DNA of 64,000 nucleotides from Candidatus Sumerlaeaceae bacterium (lineage in GTDB: Bacteria; Sumerlaeota; Sumerlaeia; Sumerlaeales; Sumerlaeaceae). Location of the stretch: contig JBPCLP010000030.1 of assembly GCA_051003195.1 (NCBI GenBank), forward strand, positions 32,001 to 96,000, given 5' to 3'. Position 1 is the first letter of the stretch. Every line of letters begins with the position of its first letter. Below are positions 9,677 to 18,826 of this stretch, piece by piece. Under the pieces are notes generated by a model. That model had not been told where the DNA came from, did no database searches, and was given only the letters and a program-made list of their open reading frames with translations. Position numbers and translations under genes: made by a program.

Positions 9677-9830
9677 CCACAGAGACACAGAGGCACAGAG
9701 AACAGCGCACAGAGAATGCCGCCGCAGATATGCGGCTGCGGCGGCTGAGCTCTGCATTCACTGCTAAATTCGATTACTGCTATTTCCGCTCTGTGTTCCT
9801 GTGTTCCTGTGTGCCTCTGTGTCTCTGTGG
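9677..9830. repeat. Palindromic element made of (CACAGAGR)-type short repeats
   Basis: ccacagagacacagaggcaca (9677-) is the reverse complement of tgtgcctctgtgtctctgtgg (9810-9830). Internal GCCGCCGCAG..CTGCGGCGGC hairpin. Confidence 0.8.
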
Positions 9831-9839
9831 TGAAACTTA

Positions 9840-11480
9840 TCACATTCCGGTTTTGGGCACGGCTAGTTCGGCTTCGATGTTTTCGCGCATGGCGATTACT
9901 TTGTTGATGGCCTTGAGGTAGGCCTTTGCGCTCGCGACAACCACATCGGTGCTGGCGCCGCGGGCCTTGATGGTGCGGCCGTTGTGCTCGATGACGACGG
10001 TGACCTGGCCGAGCGCATCGCGCCCGCCCGTCACCGCTTCCAGTGAGTATTCATGCAGCGGCGCGTCGATGCCCGTGATGCGCTGGATGGCTTTCATGGC
10101 CGCGTCCACCGGCCCGTCGCCGACGCTGGCATCCATCGTCACTTCGTCGCCGCGGCGCAGCTTCACCGTCGCCGTCGGCACCGCATCGGTCCCGCTGGTG
10201 AAGCCGAGGTAATCGAGATGATAGACCTCGTCCTGCTCCGTCACCTCGTCCTCTACAATTGCGTAAAGGTCCTCGTCGAAAATATCCTTCTTCTTGTCGC
10301 AGAGGTCCTTAAAGCGAACGAACGCGCGGTTGATGTCGTCGTCTGAGAGATGGTCGTAGCCCAACTGGTACAGGCGCGTTTTGAAAGCGTGCCGCCCGGA
10401 ATGCTTGCCCATGACCATGCTTTCGCCCGTCCATCCGACGTCTTCCGGGCGCATGATCTCGTAGGTGGTCTTGTCCTTGAGCATGCCGTCCTGGTGAATG
10501 CCCGCCTCGTGGGCGAACGCGTTCGCGCCGACAATTGCCTTGTTGCGCTGCACCTTCATCCCCGTGATCTTACTGACGAGCCGTGACGTGCGGTAGATTT
10601 CCTCGGTCTTGATGTTCGTCGTCACACCGTAGAAGTCGCGGCGGATTTTGAGGTTCATCACAACCTCCTCGAGCGATGCATTGCCTGCACGCTCGCCAAT
10701 GCCGTTAATAGTGCACTCCACCTGTCGCGCACCACCACGAACCCCCGCGAGGCTGTTGGCCACCGCCATGCCAAGGTCGTTGTGGCAATGAACGCTGAAG
10801 ATCGCCAGGTGCGAATTGGGCACCTTGCTGCGGACGTACTCAAAGCACTGGCCGTACTGCCACGGCGCCGTGTATCCCACCGTGTCTGGGATGTTGATCG
10901 TGGTGGCACCGGCCTCGATGGTGGCGTTGACGATATCGACAATGTAATCCCAATCGGTGCGGCCGGCATCCTCGCATGAGAACTCCACGTTATCGGTGTA
11001 TGTGCGCGCGAGTTTCACCGCGTTGACGGCGTTCTCGATTACCTGCTCCTTCGTCATGCGCAGCTTTTTATCGAGGTGAATCTGGCTGGTCGCGATGAAC
11101 GTGTGAATGCGCCGCTTCGGTGCCTTTGCGATGGCTTCGCCGCAGCGGATCACGTCCTTTTCGATGGCGCGGGCAAGACCGCAGATGACAGGTCCGCGCA
11201 CTTCCTCGGCGATGGCGGAAACGGATTCGAAGTCCCCCTGCGAGGAAATGGGAAAACCGGCTTCAATGATGTCGACGCCAAGGCGTGCGAGCTGGTGGGC
11301 TATCTCCAGCTTTTCCTTCAGGTTCATCGTCGCGCCGGGCGATTGCTCACCATCGCGAAGCGTCGTGTCGAAAATCACCACGTGATCTGATTGCGGATTG
11401 CGGATTGCGGATTGCGGAGTACTTTCTGAATGCGGATTGTGGATTGCGGATTCCGGAATTCGTTTGGTTTTGTCGCTCAT
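9840..11480 (-). CDS. leuA: 2-isopropylmalate synthase
   Basis: [33 protein letters not shown]-terminal regulatory domain GDGPVDA. Confidence 0.97.
   Translation of the reverse strand: MSDKTKRIPESAIHNPHSESTPQSAIRNPQSDHVVIFDTTLRDGEQSPGATMNLKEKLEIAHQLARLGVDIIEAGFPISSQGDFESVSAIAEEVRGPVICGLARAIEKDVIRCGEAIAKAPKRRIHTFIATSQIHLDKKLRMTKEQVIENAVNAVKLARTYTDNVEFSCEDAGRTDWDYIVDIVNATIEAGATTINIPDTVGYTAPWQYGQCFEYVRSKVPNSHLAIFSVHCHNDLGMAVANSLAGVRGGARQVECTINGIGERAGNASLEEVVMNLKIRRDFYGVTTNIKTEEIYRTSRLVSKITGMKVQRNKAIVGANAFAHEAGIHQDGMLKDKTTYEIMRPEDVGWTGESMVMGKHSGRHAFKTRLYQLGYDHLSDDDINRAFVRFKDLCDKKKDIFDEDLYAIVEDEVTEQDEVYHLDYLGFTSGTDAVPTATVKLRRGDEVTMDASVGDGPVDAAMKAIQRITGIDAPLHEYSLEAVTGGRDALGQVTVVIEHNGRTIKARGASTDVVVASAKAYLKAINKVIAMRENIEAELAVPKTGM
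11389..11461. repeat. Heptamer tandem repeats (GATTGCG)n inside the leuA 5' end
   Basis: gattgcggattgcggattgcggattgcgg and gaatgcggattgtggattgcggatt; they encode [14 protein letters not shown]. Confidence 0.85.
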
Positions 11481-11696
11481 ATTGTCTCCAGTGTGGCGTA
11501 GGACGGGTTCTTACGATGATGGACTACGGTTGGCGTTAGATGCTGGACACTGTCCAGCCACACAGCGACAATCGTGGCTTTTCCGACGCACTGGGGATGC
11601 GTTGATCCGGGGTATTGTCTGATATGGTCGACATTGGGCTCATCAGGCTTAAGTATCAAAAATCCGTTAAACATAACTTCTTTTGCAGCAACCCTT

Positions 11697-12030
11697 AAAA
11701 CAAAATCCCCGCGGTCCCGTGTTACCGGGATCGCGGGGACGAAAGTTTGATTTCGTGGTACCACCCTGCTTTGCATGGAGTTCATTCAAGTTCAAGTGGT
11801 AATTTCGCCACTTGAATACCGGGAGCGAAGTCGCAGCTTAACTGCGAGCCGCGCGCTCCATGCCTTGATTCGCCGCTAACGCGGGCGGTTGCGTCCGGGG
11901 CTGGCGCCTAAGGCGGTTCACTCCGGCGGCTCAGAGGCGAGTTCGGGAAGGTCGTCCACCGCTTTGCACCACTTCAGCGGCTCTCTCCAGGTACGCACCT
12001 GCTCCCTACTACTCCTCGTCGTTGCCTTTA
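11697..12030 (-). promoter_or_regulatory. Leucine T-box riboswitch (CUC specifier)
   Basis: Minus strand: stem I with AGUA/AGAGAG/GGUGCAA loops; GAA-CUC specifier at 11944-11939; T-box AGGGUGGUACCACG at 11767-11754; antiterminator CGUCCC; terminator hairpin plus U tract at 11740-11697. Lies upstream of leuA. Confidence 0.92.
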
Positions 12031-12229
12031 AAAGTTGGAAAAGAACGTTGGCGGCACATACCAGAAATGCTGTATGCTATTCTAAACCTCCCCGGAAGCG
12101 AAATCTTGTCATGCAATTAGAGCCTGAACCGGGTTAAAAACTTAGTAAGAAGCTGCAATTTTTGTTGAACAATGTCCACGGCGCCATATACAACTTCATA
12201 CTTAACCTACTCTCGTACGGAGGACAGTC

Positions 12230-13177
12230 TTGAAAACTGGAATTTGCGTTTTAGCAACCGCGGCCCTGGCAGGCGTTACTGGCCTGGCTCCCGCCGCAGT
12301 ACTGTATCAGACTAACTTTGAAGTCAGCCCGGCAGCCAACTTCACGACTGCCATCAGCAACGCTCCTGATACCGAAGCCGACTACAACTACAACTATGCA
12401 ACGTGGGTACCTACCGCCCCGACGGCTGGTATTACTTCAATTACGCTGGCCCCGAATTCGACGGCAGGCGGTACCCGCGCCCTGAAGATGCGCGCCAACT
12501 TTGACGCGACGGGCACCAACGAAGGCGTAACCGCTTACCTGACGCCCTCCGCGGGCCTGACCAGCTGGAGCCTGACATTCGACGCGTTCCAGTTGTGGAA
12601 TGGGCCGGACGCCGGATCAGCAACTGGATCGACCACAGGCTTTACCATGGGCAATGCCAACCCTGCCACCCCCATGTACAGCGGCGCGACAACCTTCAAC
12701 GGCTGGTTCCTGCTCTTCACGGGCGAGGGTGGCCAGGGCACAAGCGGTGACGCTCGCTATTACTCCGGCACCAACGCTGCCCCGATAAGCGCGAACACCA
12801 CACCGAACTGGGCCATCAATGGCGGCACAACCCTGGACCCGAACTACCCCGGTGCAGTTGGTACGTGGGACTCCATCTTTACGGCGGGCGGCGGCTACAA
12901 TCCGGCCGGCACCCCCGGCCGCCAGTGGGTCACATGGGAACTGATCGCGAAGGACGGTTCGGTAAAGGTCAGCGTTACGCCTGTAGGTGGCGTGAAGACG
13001 CAGATTGCCAACTGGATCCAGGCTGCAAACCAGACCATCGGTCTCGGTTTCTGGGACTTCAATACTGGTTCGGTTGCCAATCCGCCAGTCGACAACTTTG
13101 TGCTGGTCGATAACCTTAAGCTGGAGACAGCACCGGTTACTCCGGCCGCAGTGAGCGAGTGGAGCTTGTTCCAGTAA
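12230..13177 (+). CDS. Secreted protein with C-terminal tag (AAVSEWSLFQ)
   Basis: TTG start after GGAGGA; signal peptide; G/T/A/N-rich body; tag at the extreme C-terminus. Confidence 0.85.
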   Translation: MKTGICVLATAALAGVTGLAPAAVLYQTNFEVSPAANFTTAISNAPDTEADYNYNYATWVPTAPTAGITSITLAPNSTAGGTRALKMRANFDATGTNEGVTAYLTPSAGLTSWSLTFDAFQLWNGPDAGSATGSTTGFTMGNANPATPMYSGATTFNGWFLLFTGEGGQGTSGDARYYSGTNAAPISANTTPNWAINGGTTLDPNYPGAVGTWDSIFTAGGGYNPAGTPGRQWVTWELIAKDGSVKVSVTPVGGVKTQIANWIQAANQTIGLGFWDFNTGSVANPPVDNFVLVDNLKLETAPVTPAAVSEWSLFQ

Positions 13178-13209
13178 GATTCGAATCACAAACTTTGTGT
13201 TGTTTCATC

Positions 13210-13240
13210 CCCCCGCCCTTTTGGGCGGGGGTTTTGTTTT
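13210..13240 (+). terminator. Rho-independent terminator
   Basis: CCCCCGCCC-TTTT-GGGCGGGGG followed by TTTTGTTTT. Confidence 0.85.
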
Positions 13241-13345
13241 GCGCGTGCTTTGCGGACAGCTTAAGGATCTTCGGCACTGTTTATGCTCGTGAACGTTGCG
13301 GCTTCATCAGGTAGACCAGAACAACAGGTGAGGAGCTCGTGCCCG

Positions 13346-14023
13346 ATGAGAATCTTATTGTGCCTTGTTACAGCCTGTCTGGTCGGCGGGTGCACCAGTA
13401 ATGAGAACAACACAAATGCTCAAGCAGACCCGGAAGAAAAAGACAAGGCGCCAAGGGTGGTGGCCAGGGCACGTGAGACGCGCAGGGCCCCCACGCAAAT
13501 AACAAAGCCGGTCGGGCAACCGCCCGTATCGGTAACCGAAGGCGTGACTTCCGCTTTGGCCGCGCAGGTCGGTCCATCAAGTACACCAGGCACACCGGAA
13601 ACTGCGCCGGCAGCCTCGCCCACGAGGCCTGCGCAGACTGGCACGCCTGTGTCGACGCCAACCTTGTACGCCCTGACCCCGACACCGGTAAGCAGTTCGC
13701 ACGGCGCCAACATCCTCGCGGGACGCCGCATGACCCCCGCCGGCGGCGCTGGTCCGCAGCTTGGCGGATCGGAGCCAAAAGAATTGCAGATTTCGGAAAA
13801 GGAGCCCCTGCAGTTGTATGGCTATAATCTGCGCGGGTGCACCGTAAAAGCGCAAGCTGCCGACGCAGAACCGATCCAGTTGAGGGCCGAAGCGACTTCG
13901 AACGAGGAACTGACCATCGCTCCACAAGAATGGGAGAAACTAAAGGTGGGCAGCTATACCATTACCGTGACGAACAACCGAGGCGAGGCCGCGCAACTTG
14001 GATACACGCTGTACGTGCAGTAG
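13346..14023 (+). CDS. Lipoprotein with Pro/Thr-rich stalk and C-terminal Ig/IPT-like beta domain
   Basis: GAGGAG RBS; MRILLCLVTACLVGGC lipobox; C-terminal LQLYGYNL...GSYTITVTNNRGE. Confidence 0.75.
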   Translation: MRILLCLVTACLVGGCTSNENNTNAQADPEEKDKAPRVVARARETRRAPTQITKPVGQPPVSVTEGVTSALAAQVGPSSTPGTPETAPAASPTRPAQTGTPVSTPTLYALTPTPVSSSHGANILAGRRMTPAGGAGPQLGGSEPKELQISEKEPLQLYGYNLRGCTVKAQAADAEPIQLRAEATSNEELTIAPQEWEKLKVGSYTITVTNNRGEAAQLGYTLYVQ

Positions 14024-14259
14024 GCGCAGAATCACAGCGATACGGGGATATTATCCTTCGGTTCGGCACAGTAGTGTGGGTGTACGTGTCGTGGAATTCA
14101 TTGGCAGCTTCTGTGAGCGCGGGTCATTAAATTCCGCATCGAGCTGCGGTTCGCAATCGATGTGTGTGCCTTTTCGTTCACTAAAACAGAAGCCCCCGGT
14201 CCTACGCCGACCGGCAGCTTTGAGACTGAGCATGCGCTCAGTAGCCATTAAGCTCGATG

Positions 14260-14725
14260 CTATTGCAGCAGCGACCATTCGGCGATGCCCGCGGTAACGG
14301 GAGGCTCATCAGCGCCAGGCAGCGCACCTGTGGCTGGGCGTGCATTGTCGTGCACGTCGAACAGCGGGGCTGATGCGGCGACCGTAGTCAGGCCACCGAC
14401 CGGCTTGCTGGCGAAGTGGAGTGTAGCATCCCACGCAGGGGTGCTTGCCGGGTCAACGCTCTGGCCGCCGACGTTATACCCAGCACCAGACAGTGCCGCC
14501 TGATCTGCGTAGGGTGCGGTGCCTGCCTGGGCGAACACCGCAGTGCTGCCGGCCTTCACCAGGTCGTTGCCGACAATATTGCCAGCAGGTATTGTGGCGG
14601 AGCTGGCATACAGTACGATGCCAGGAAGGTAACTCTCGGCGGCGGTCAGTGTGCCATTTGACAACAAACCAGTTAACCGTATTGTTGGTCATCACGTACG
14701 TACCGGGCGCGCCGGCCAGAGATTG
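14260..14725 (-). pseudogene. 5'-truncated, frameshifted paralog of the 14796-16439 gene, retaining the tag AGIAEWSLLQ
   Basis: Shares GGQSVDP, L.FA.KP.G, ARPAT.A.PGADEPP with the upstream gene. No signal peptide. A preceding piece SLAGAPGTYVMTNNTVN is in another frame. Begins right after a terminator. Confidence 0.65.
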
Positions 14726-14729
14726 GTAA

Positions 14730-14770
14730 CAAAAAAAAATCGGGGAGCCGGTTGGCCGGCCCCCCGATTG
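14730..14770 (-). terminator. Rho-independent terminator
   Basis: AATCGGGG..GCCGG..CCGGC.CCCCGATT hairpin plus U tract on the minus strand. Confidence 0.8.
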
Positions 14771-14795
14771 GGGTTCATGCATTTGTAAAGAGCTG

Positions 14796-16439
14796 TTACA
14801 TCAGGCTCCACTCGAATACGTTGGCCAAGGATGGCGGTTCGTCTGCACCCGGTGTTGCATTGGTTGCAGGCCGTGCGTCGCCATCGATGTCGGTCAGCAC
14901 AGTCGAGCTCGCTACTGGCTGCATACCGAACGGCTTGTTCGCAAAGCGCAGTTCGCTGTTCCAGGGTGGCACGGTCGTGGTAGGATCGACGCTCTGTCCA
15001 CCGGTAGCCGTGAGATCGAATCCCGCAGCCTGCCAGGAAGCGAGGTCAGGATACCCAGTGCCGCCGACGATGCCTACGTGGCTTGTCGGGCCGGCCTTGA
15101 CGAGGTTGTTGCCAGACGAGGTCAATGGGCCGCTTGCAAGGGAGATGACCGCAGCGGTGGTACCCGTAGCGTCCGTGCGCAGGATGTTGTTTCGGATGTT
15201 GAAGCTGCCACCCGGGTTGGTTGCTACGCGTCCGACAATGGCGCCGACCTGCTGGCTGGCAAGCCCGAGCGAGTTGGTCGATTTAACATCAATCGAGTTG
15301 TGCTCGATATTATATACCGAGCCCGGGGAGGCCATTGAAATGCCCATCAGGGTTCCAGACTGCGTTGTTGCCTGAGTAATGGACGACTTGATCGCGTTGT
15401 TGCGGATGTTGAACGTTCCGGTGGTGAGCGCATCGATAAAGATGGAGTTCAAGCCCTGCCCGGCGATTGACGGGAGGTTTTCAACCCGAATGTCGTTATC
15501 AGCATAGGTATGCGTCCAGCCGGTCGTGGTGTTGTTGTTTAACGGGAAAATTGCCGTATACACAAAGCCGGCGGTGGAAAGGGACGAGCCGATTGTGAAA
15601 TTGTTGCGCGCCACGGTGGTGGAACCAATTCCATTCAGGAACACGCCACGCTGACGGACAAAAAAGTCATTGTCGGTAATGGTAAGGTTATTCACCGCGC
15701 CTGCGCCTGCGGGAACCGTGCCGTTGCCGCCCAGACCGGTTTGAATACCGAAGCCATTATTGCTGCTGGGTGAGTTAAAGAGGTTATTCGTGACAACGCC
15801 GTTATCCGGAATCACAGGGATGCCGCCGGGATTGTTGGCAAGGCCACCCACAAAACGGACGCCAGCCACGCTGCCGGTGTTGTCGTTCATTTGCCAGATG
15901 GCGTTCTTTATGACCACTCCCTCGTTATCTCCGAAAACGCTCACCATGTTGTTCTGGTTTCCGTTGCCGGTAACAAGGAACGTGAGGTCACGCGTTGTGC
16001 CACCAACGGTATTGGAGCCGTCGATGACGTAGTTATTATTTGAAGCGACCACGGTAGCGCTGGTTGGTGCCGCAGCGCTCGAGGTGCCGATAACCATATG
16101 GCCGAAAACACCCGCACCCGCAACCAGGTTGGTGAAATGGATGATCGGAGTTGTGCCGACCGCAGGCTTGATCGTGAGCTTGCCACTGGCGCCAAAGGTG
16201 TTCCCGAAGAACGAGTTGGCCGTTTCCGATGTGCTGTTATTGATTTGCAGGGTCCAGTCACGGTTGATCCCGCCCGCAACCGCGCTGAAAGACGACGCGG
16301 CGTCGGCCAGCGAGATGTAATCCGCGGCCGTGCCTACCGTGGCGACAGCGGGGCCACCGGCCGAGTTATCGAATAGAGCTGCACATGCCGAACTTGCCAA
16401 ACCCAAGCCCGCCAGCATTAAAATCACTCTTTTTTTCAT
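14796..16439 (-). CDS. Secreted parallel beta-helix-like protein with C-terminal tag (ANVFEWSLM)
   Basis: AAGGAG RBS; signal peptide MKKRVILMLAGLGLASSACA; Asn-rich repeats (ITDNDF, IRNNAI, IEHNSI); DIDGDAR..PGADE tail. Confidence 0.85.
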   Translation of the reverse strand: MKKRVILMLAGLGLASSACAALFDNSAGGPAVATVGTAADYISLADAASSFSAVAGGINRDWTLQINNSTSETANSFFGNTFGASGKLTIKPAVGTTPIIHFTNLVAGAGVFGHMVIGTSSAAAPTSATVVASNNNYVIDGSNTVGGTTRDLTFLVTGNGNQNNMVSVFGDNEGVVIKNAIWQMNDNTGSVAGVRFVGGLANNPGGIPVIPDNGVVTNNLFNSPSSNNGFGIQTGLGGNGTVPAGAGAVNNLTITDNDFFVRQRGVFLNGIGSTTVARNNFTIGSSLSTAGFVYTAIFPLNNNTTTGWTHTYADNDIRVENLPSIAGQGLNSIFIDALTTGTFNIRNNAIKSSITQATTQSGTLMGISMASPGSVYNIEHNSIDVKSTNSLGLASQQVGAIVGRVATNPGGSFNIRNNILRTDATGTTAAVISLASGPLTSSGNNLVKAGPTSHVGIVGGTGYPDLASWQAAGFDLTATGGQSVDPTTTVPPWNSELRFANKPFGMQPVASSTVLTDIDGDARPATNATPGADEPPSLANVFEWSLM

Positions 16440-16833
16440 GTTCTGCTCCTTAAAAGTTTTTCCTGCCTGGGTGGCAGGGTTAAATCTATTTATATGATAA
16501 TTCCGGGCTGATAGTTACTTCACCCAATTTTTAATTAAAATTGGACCTCCTTGGAGAGGGCTGGACCACCATGTGGGAAGTTGTTTTAATGAAGTGTTGG
16601 GGGAAATCAAGAGAAAAAGAAGGCAAGTGCTGCATTTTTGGTCGGTGCGGAGCGCATGGGGGGCGGGCGCGAGGTGCCGTGGTACGGGGCTTGGGTTGAA
16701 AGCCCTTCGGGGTTGGGCTTTTTGATGGCGTACCGTGGGTTAAACCAACGGTACCAATCATCCCGCCACAAACGTATTGGGTTCTGGACCGCAAAGAATA
16801 TTTGGGCCCAAAAGGAAATGTCTTGGCATCCAT

Positions 16834-16881
16834 ATCCCCGAAGGGGATGAACATGAATAGCCGTGGGTGAAACCCACGGTA
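16834..16881. repeat. REP-type inverted repeat, left of tnpA
   Basis: 48-bp perfect reverse complement of 17435-17482, with internal hairpins CCCCGAAGGGG and CCGTGGG..CCCACGG. Degenerate extra copy at ~16698-16753. Confidence 0.9.
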
Positions 16882-16933
16882 GCAATCACCCTTCGCCGAA
16901 CCCCGAATGGGGTTCAACCCAGGGAGCGCCGCA

Positions 16934-17383
16934 ATGTCCACATATACCCAGATCTATTACCATATCGTCTTCAGCACCAAATTGCGCGCGCCGGTTTTGA
17001 ACAGGCTCGACGACCGCGAAAAAATGCTGCGCTATATGTGGGGGGTCGCCACCGGTCAAAATTGCCACCTGTACCGAATTAACGCGGTTGAGGATCACGT
17101 GCACCTTCTTACCAGCCTGCATCCGACGGTGTGCCTTTCCGATTTCGTGAAAAATCTTAAAGTGGCGACGACGGTCTGGATCAAGGAGAACGGTTTGTTT
17201 CGAAATTTTTCAGGGTGGCAGGACGGATATGGTGCGTTTACGTGCGGCCATTCCGATAAGGACGATGTAATAGAATACATTAAAACCCAGGTTGAGCACC
17301 ACAAGCGGGTTAGTTTTGTGGACGAATATCGGGCGATGTTAAAAGCGGCGGGGATTGCGTTTGATGAGAAGTATCTGAACTGA
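16934..17383 (+). mobile_element. tnpA: IS200/IS605-family Y1 (HUH) transposase, REP-associated type
   Basis: YYHIVFSTK, EDHVHLL (HUH), WQDGYGAF, YIKTQVEHH (catalytic Tyr); flanked by 48-bp inverted REPs. Confidence 0.93.
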
Positions 17384-17397
17384 AGCGGGGGAGTGTT

Positions 17398-17482
17398 GTT
17401 GAACCCCGTTAGGGGTTCGGGCTTTTTGGTTGGGTACCGTGGGTTTCACCCACGGCTATTCATGTTCATCCCCTTCGGGGAT
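17398..17482. repeat. REP-type inverted repeats, right of tnpA
   Basis: GTTGAACCCCG..AGGGGTT mirrors 16899-16918; 17435-17482 mirrors 16834-16881. Confidence 0.9.
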
Positions 17483-17641
17483 GTTTCAGGCGACGTCGCG
17501 GGTGCTCTTGCGTCCATTAAACGCGTCGGTGTGGGGGAGCGCACCGGCCAGGATGGGGGCGGGCGATTAAGAATTGGGTTGCCGTGGCGGGTGATGGGCT
17601 TACCTCTTCTTCAAGCTGAGGTGCTGAAGGGATACATAAGA

Positions 17642-18304
17642 ATGGGCATTAAAAGGATCGCGCTGCCCGCTGCCGTGGCGGCGACAATGGCTCTGTGGGG
17701 CTGCGGGGAGAAGAAGGAGACGGTGGCGGATGCGCCTGCTAAACGCGAGGCAGGGACTCCCGACTCCCCAACCAAAAAAGCCGCAAAGCGAACCGCATCG
17801 TCCCGCGCAAAAGGCTCGGCCTCCGGCGCAGATGCAGTCGACGCGGCGTCTGTCGCGGACACGACCGGGACGGCAAACGCCACGGCGGATGGGCGCGAGG
17901 CGCCGGATGTGACCCCCGCTCCTACACCGTTCAGCGACACAGCCGTCTCGGTTTCTGGCGTGGCCTTCACGGCGCCCGAAGGGCCGGCGAGCGCTGCGAC
18001 GGTGGCCGCGCGCACCGAGAACCTCCGTTCCGAGATAACGAAGTTGTCGGGTGCCTCGCAGGTCAGCGGGGCCGATCTGCAGTCGCTGGAGGGCGCCGTA
18101 TCGAATCTGCATTTTGAGTATGAGCGCGCCGGCCCTTTATCCGACGCGCAGACAAACCTGCTGGGCGAGCATACGGAAGCAATCCGTCGGGCGCTGGAAC
18201 GGGCGAAACAGGCCAACGGGCGGGAGCGTTCGGACATCCTGAAGGAAGTAACGTCGGAGCTGGAAAAAATGGATAAGGCTATGCGCGAGGCTATGGGGAA
18301 GTAG
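17642..18304 (+). CDS. Lipoprotein with A/T/P-rich stalk and helical C-terminal domain
   Basis: MGIKRIALPAAVAATMALWGC lipobox; C-terminal domain similar to that of 20375-21034. Confidence 0.78.
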   Translation: MGIKRIALPAAVAATMALWGCGEKKETVADAPAKREAGTPDSPTKKAAKRTASSRAKGSASGADAVDAASVADTTGTANATADGREAPDVTPAPTPFSDTAVSVSGVAFTAPEGPASAATVAARTENLRSEITKLSGASQVSGADLQSLEGAVSNLHFEYERAGPLSDAQTNLLGEHTEAIRRALERAKQANGRERSDILKEVTSELEKMDKAMREAMGK

Positions 18305-18344
18305 GAGCGATGGTGAAGTAGATCGATCGCGAAGTGCGGAGTAA

Positions 18345-18408
18345 GGGCCATCGCAAGCGAGGCAGCGGCCATCGCAAGCGAGACCGGGCCATCGCAAGCG
18401 AGACCGGG
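18345..18408. repeat. Tandem repeat, 3 x GGCCATCGCAAGCGAG core
   Basis: Three ~20-bp units, each containing a TCGC-AA-GCGA micro-hairpin. Confidence 0.8.
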
Positions 18409-18758
18409 ATTGGCTTAACGGCGTGCTGGACGAACGCCTGGCGGTGCGGCACGCGGTGACGCACTCCCACTCGGGCAGACGGTGCACGTGCGCGCGAGCG
18501 TTTTTTTGCCGCGGACGCGATTTGTGTCGCGGCTTGGGACGTGGCGCGTTGGTCAGGTGGCGCTCACGGAGAATTCAAAGCCGCCGCTGAGTTTCTTTGA
18601 GCGGACGCGATTGTGTCGCGGCCTAGGACGTGGCGCGCGGGTCAGGCGCGAGCGATGGGAAAGTAGCGACGAAACTATCCGGTATTTAACAAGTTAAGCA
18701 GATCGCGCGCTGGTTCCTTCCTTATCAAAGGATACCCAGGTTTATCGGCGAGCAAAAG

Positions 18759-18794
18759 AAAATCCCCGGCCTCCTGAATTGAGGCCGGGGATTT
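18759..18794. terminator. Terminator hairpin (probably for the minus-strand 18827 gene)
   Basis: AAATCCCCGGCCTC...GAGGCCGGGGATTT. Confidence 0.8.
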
Positions 18795-18826
18795 AGATTG
18801 CGCCGAAGCTTCCGGCGAGCATCGGA

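Noticed and set aside
16531..16941. 136-aa ORF, and the N-terminal extension of ORF 17393-18304
   Set aside because: The shared peptide YRGFHPRLFMFIPFGD is just translation of the 48-bp REP; the real lipoprotein start is 17642
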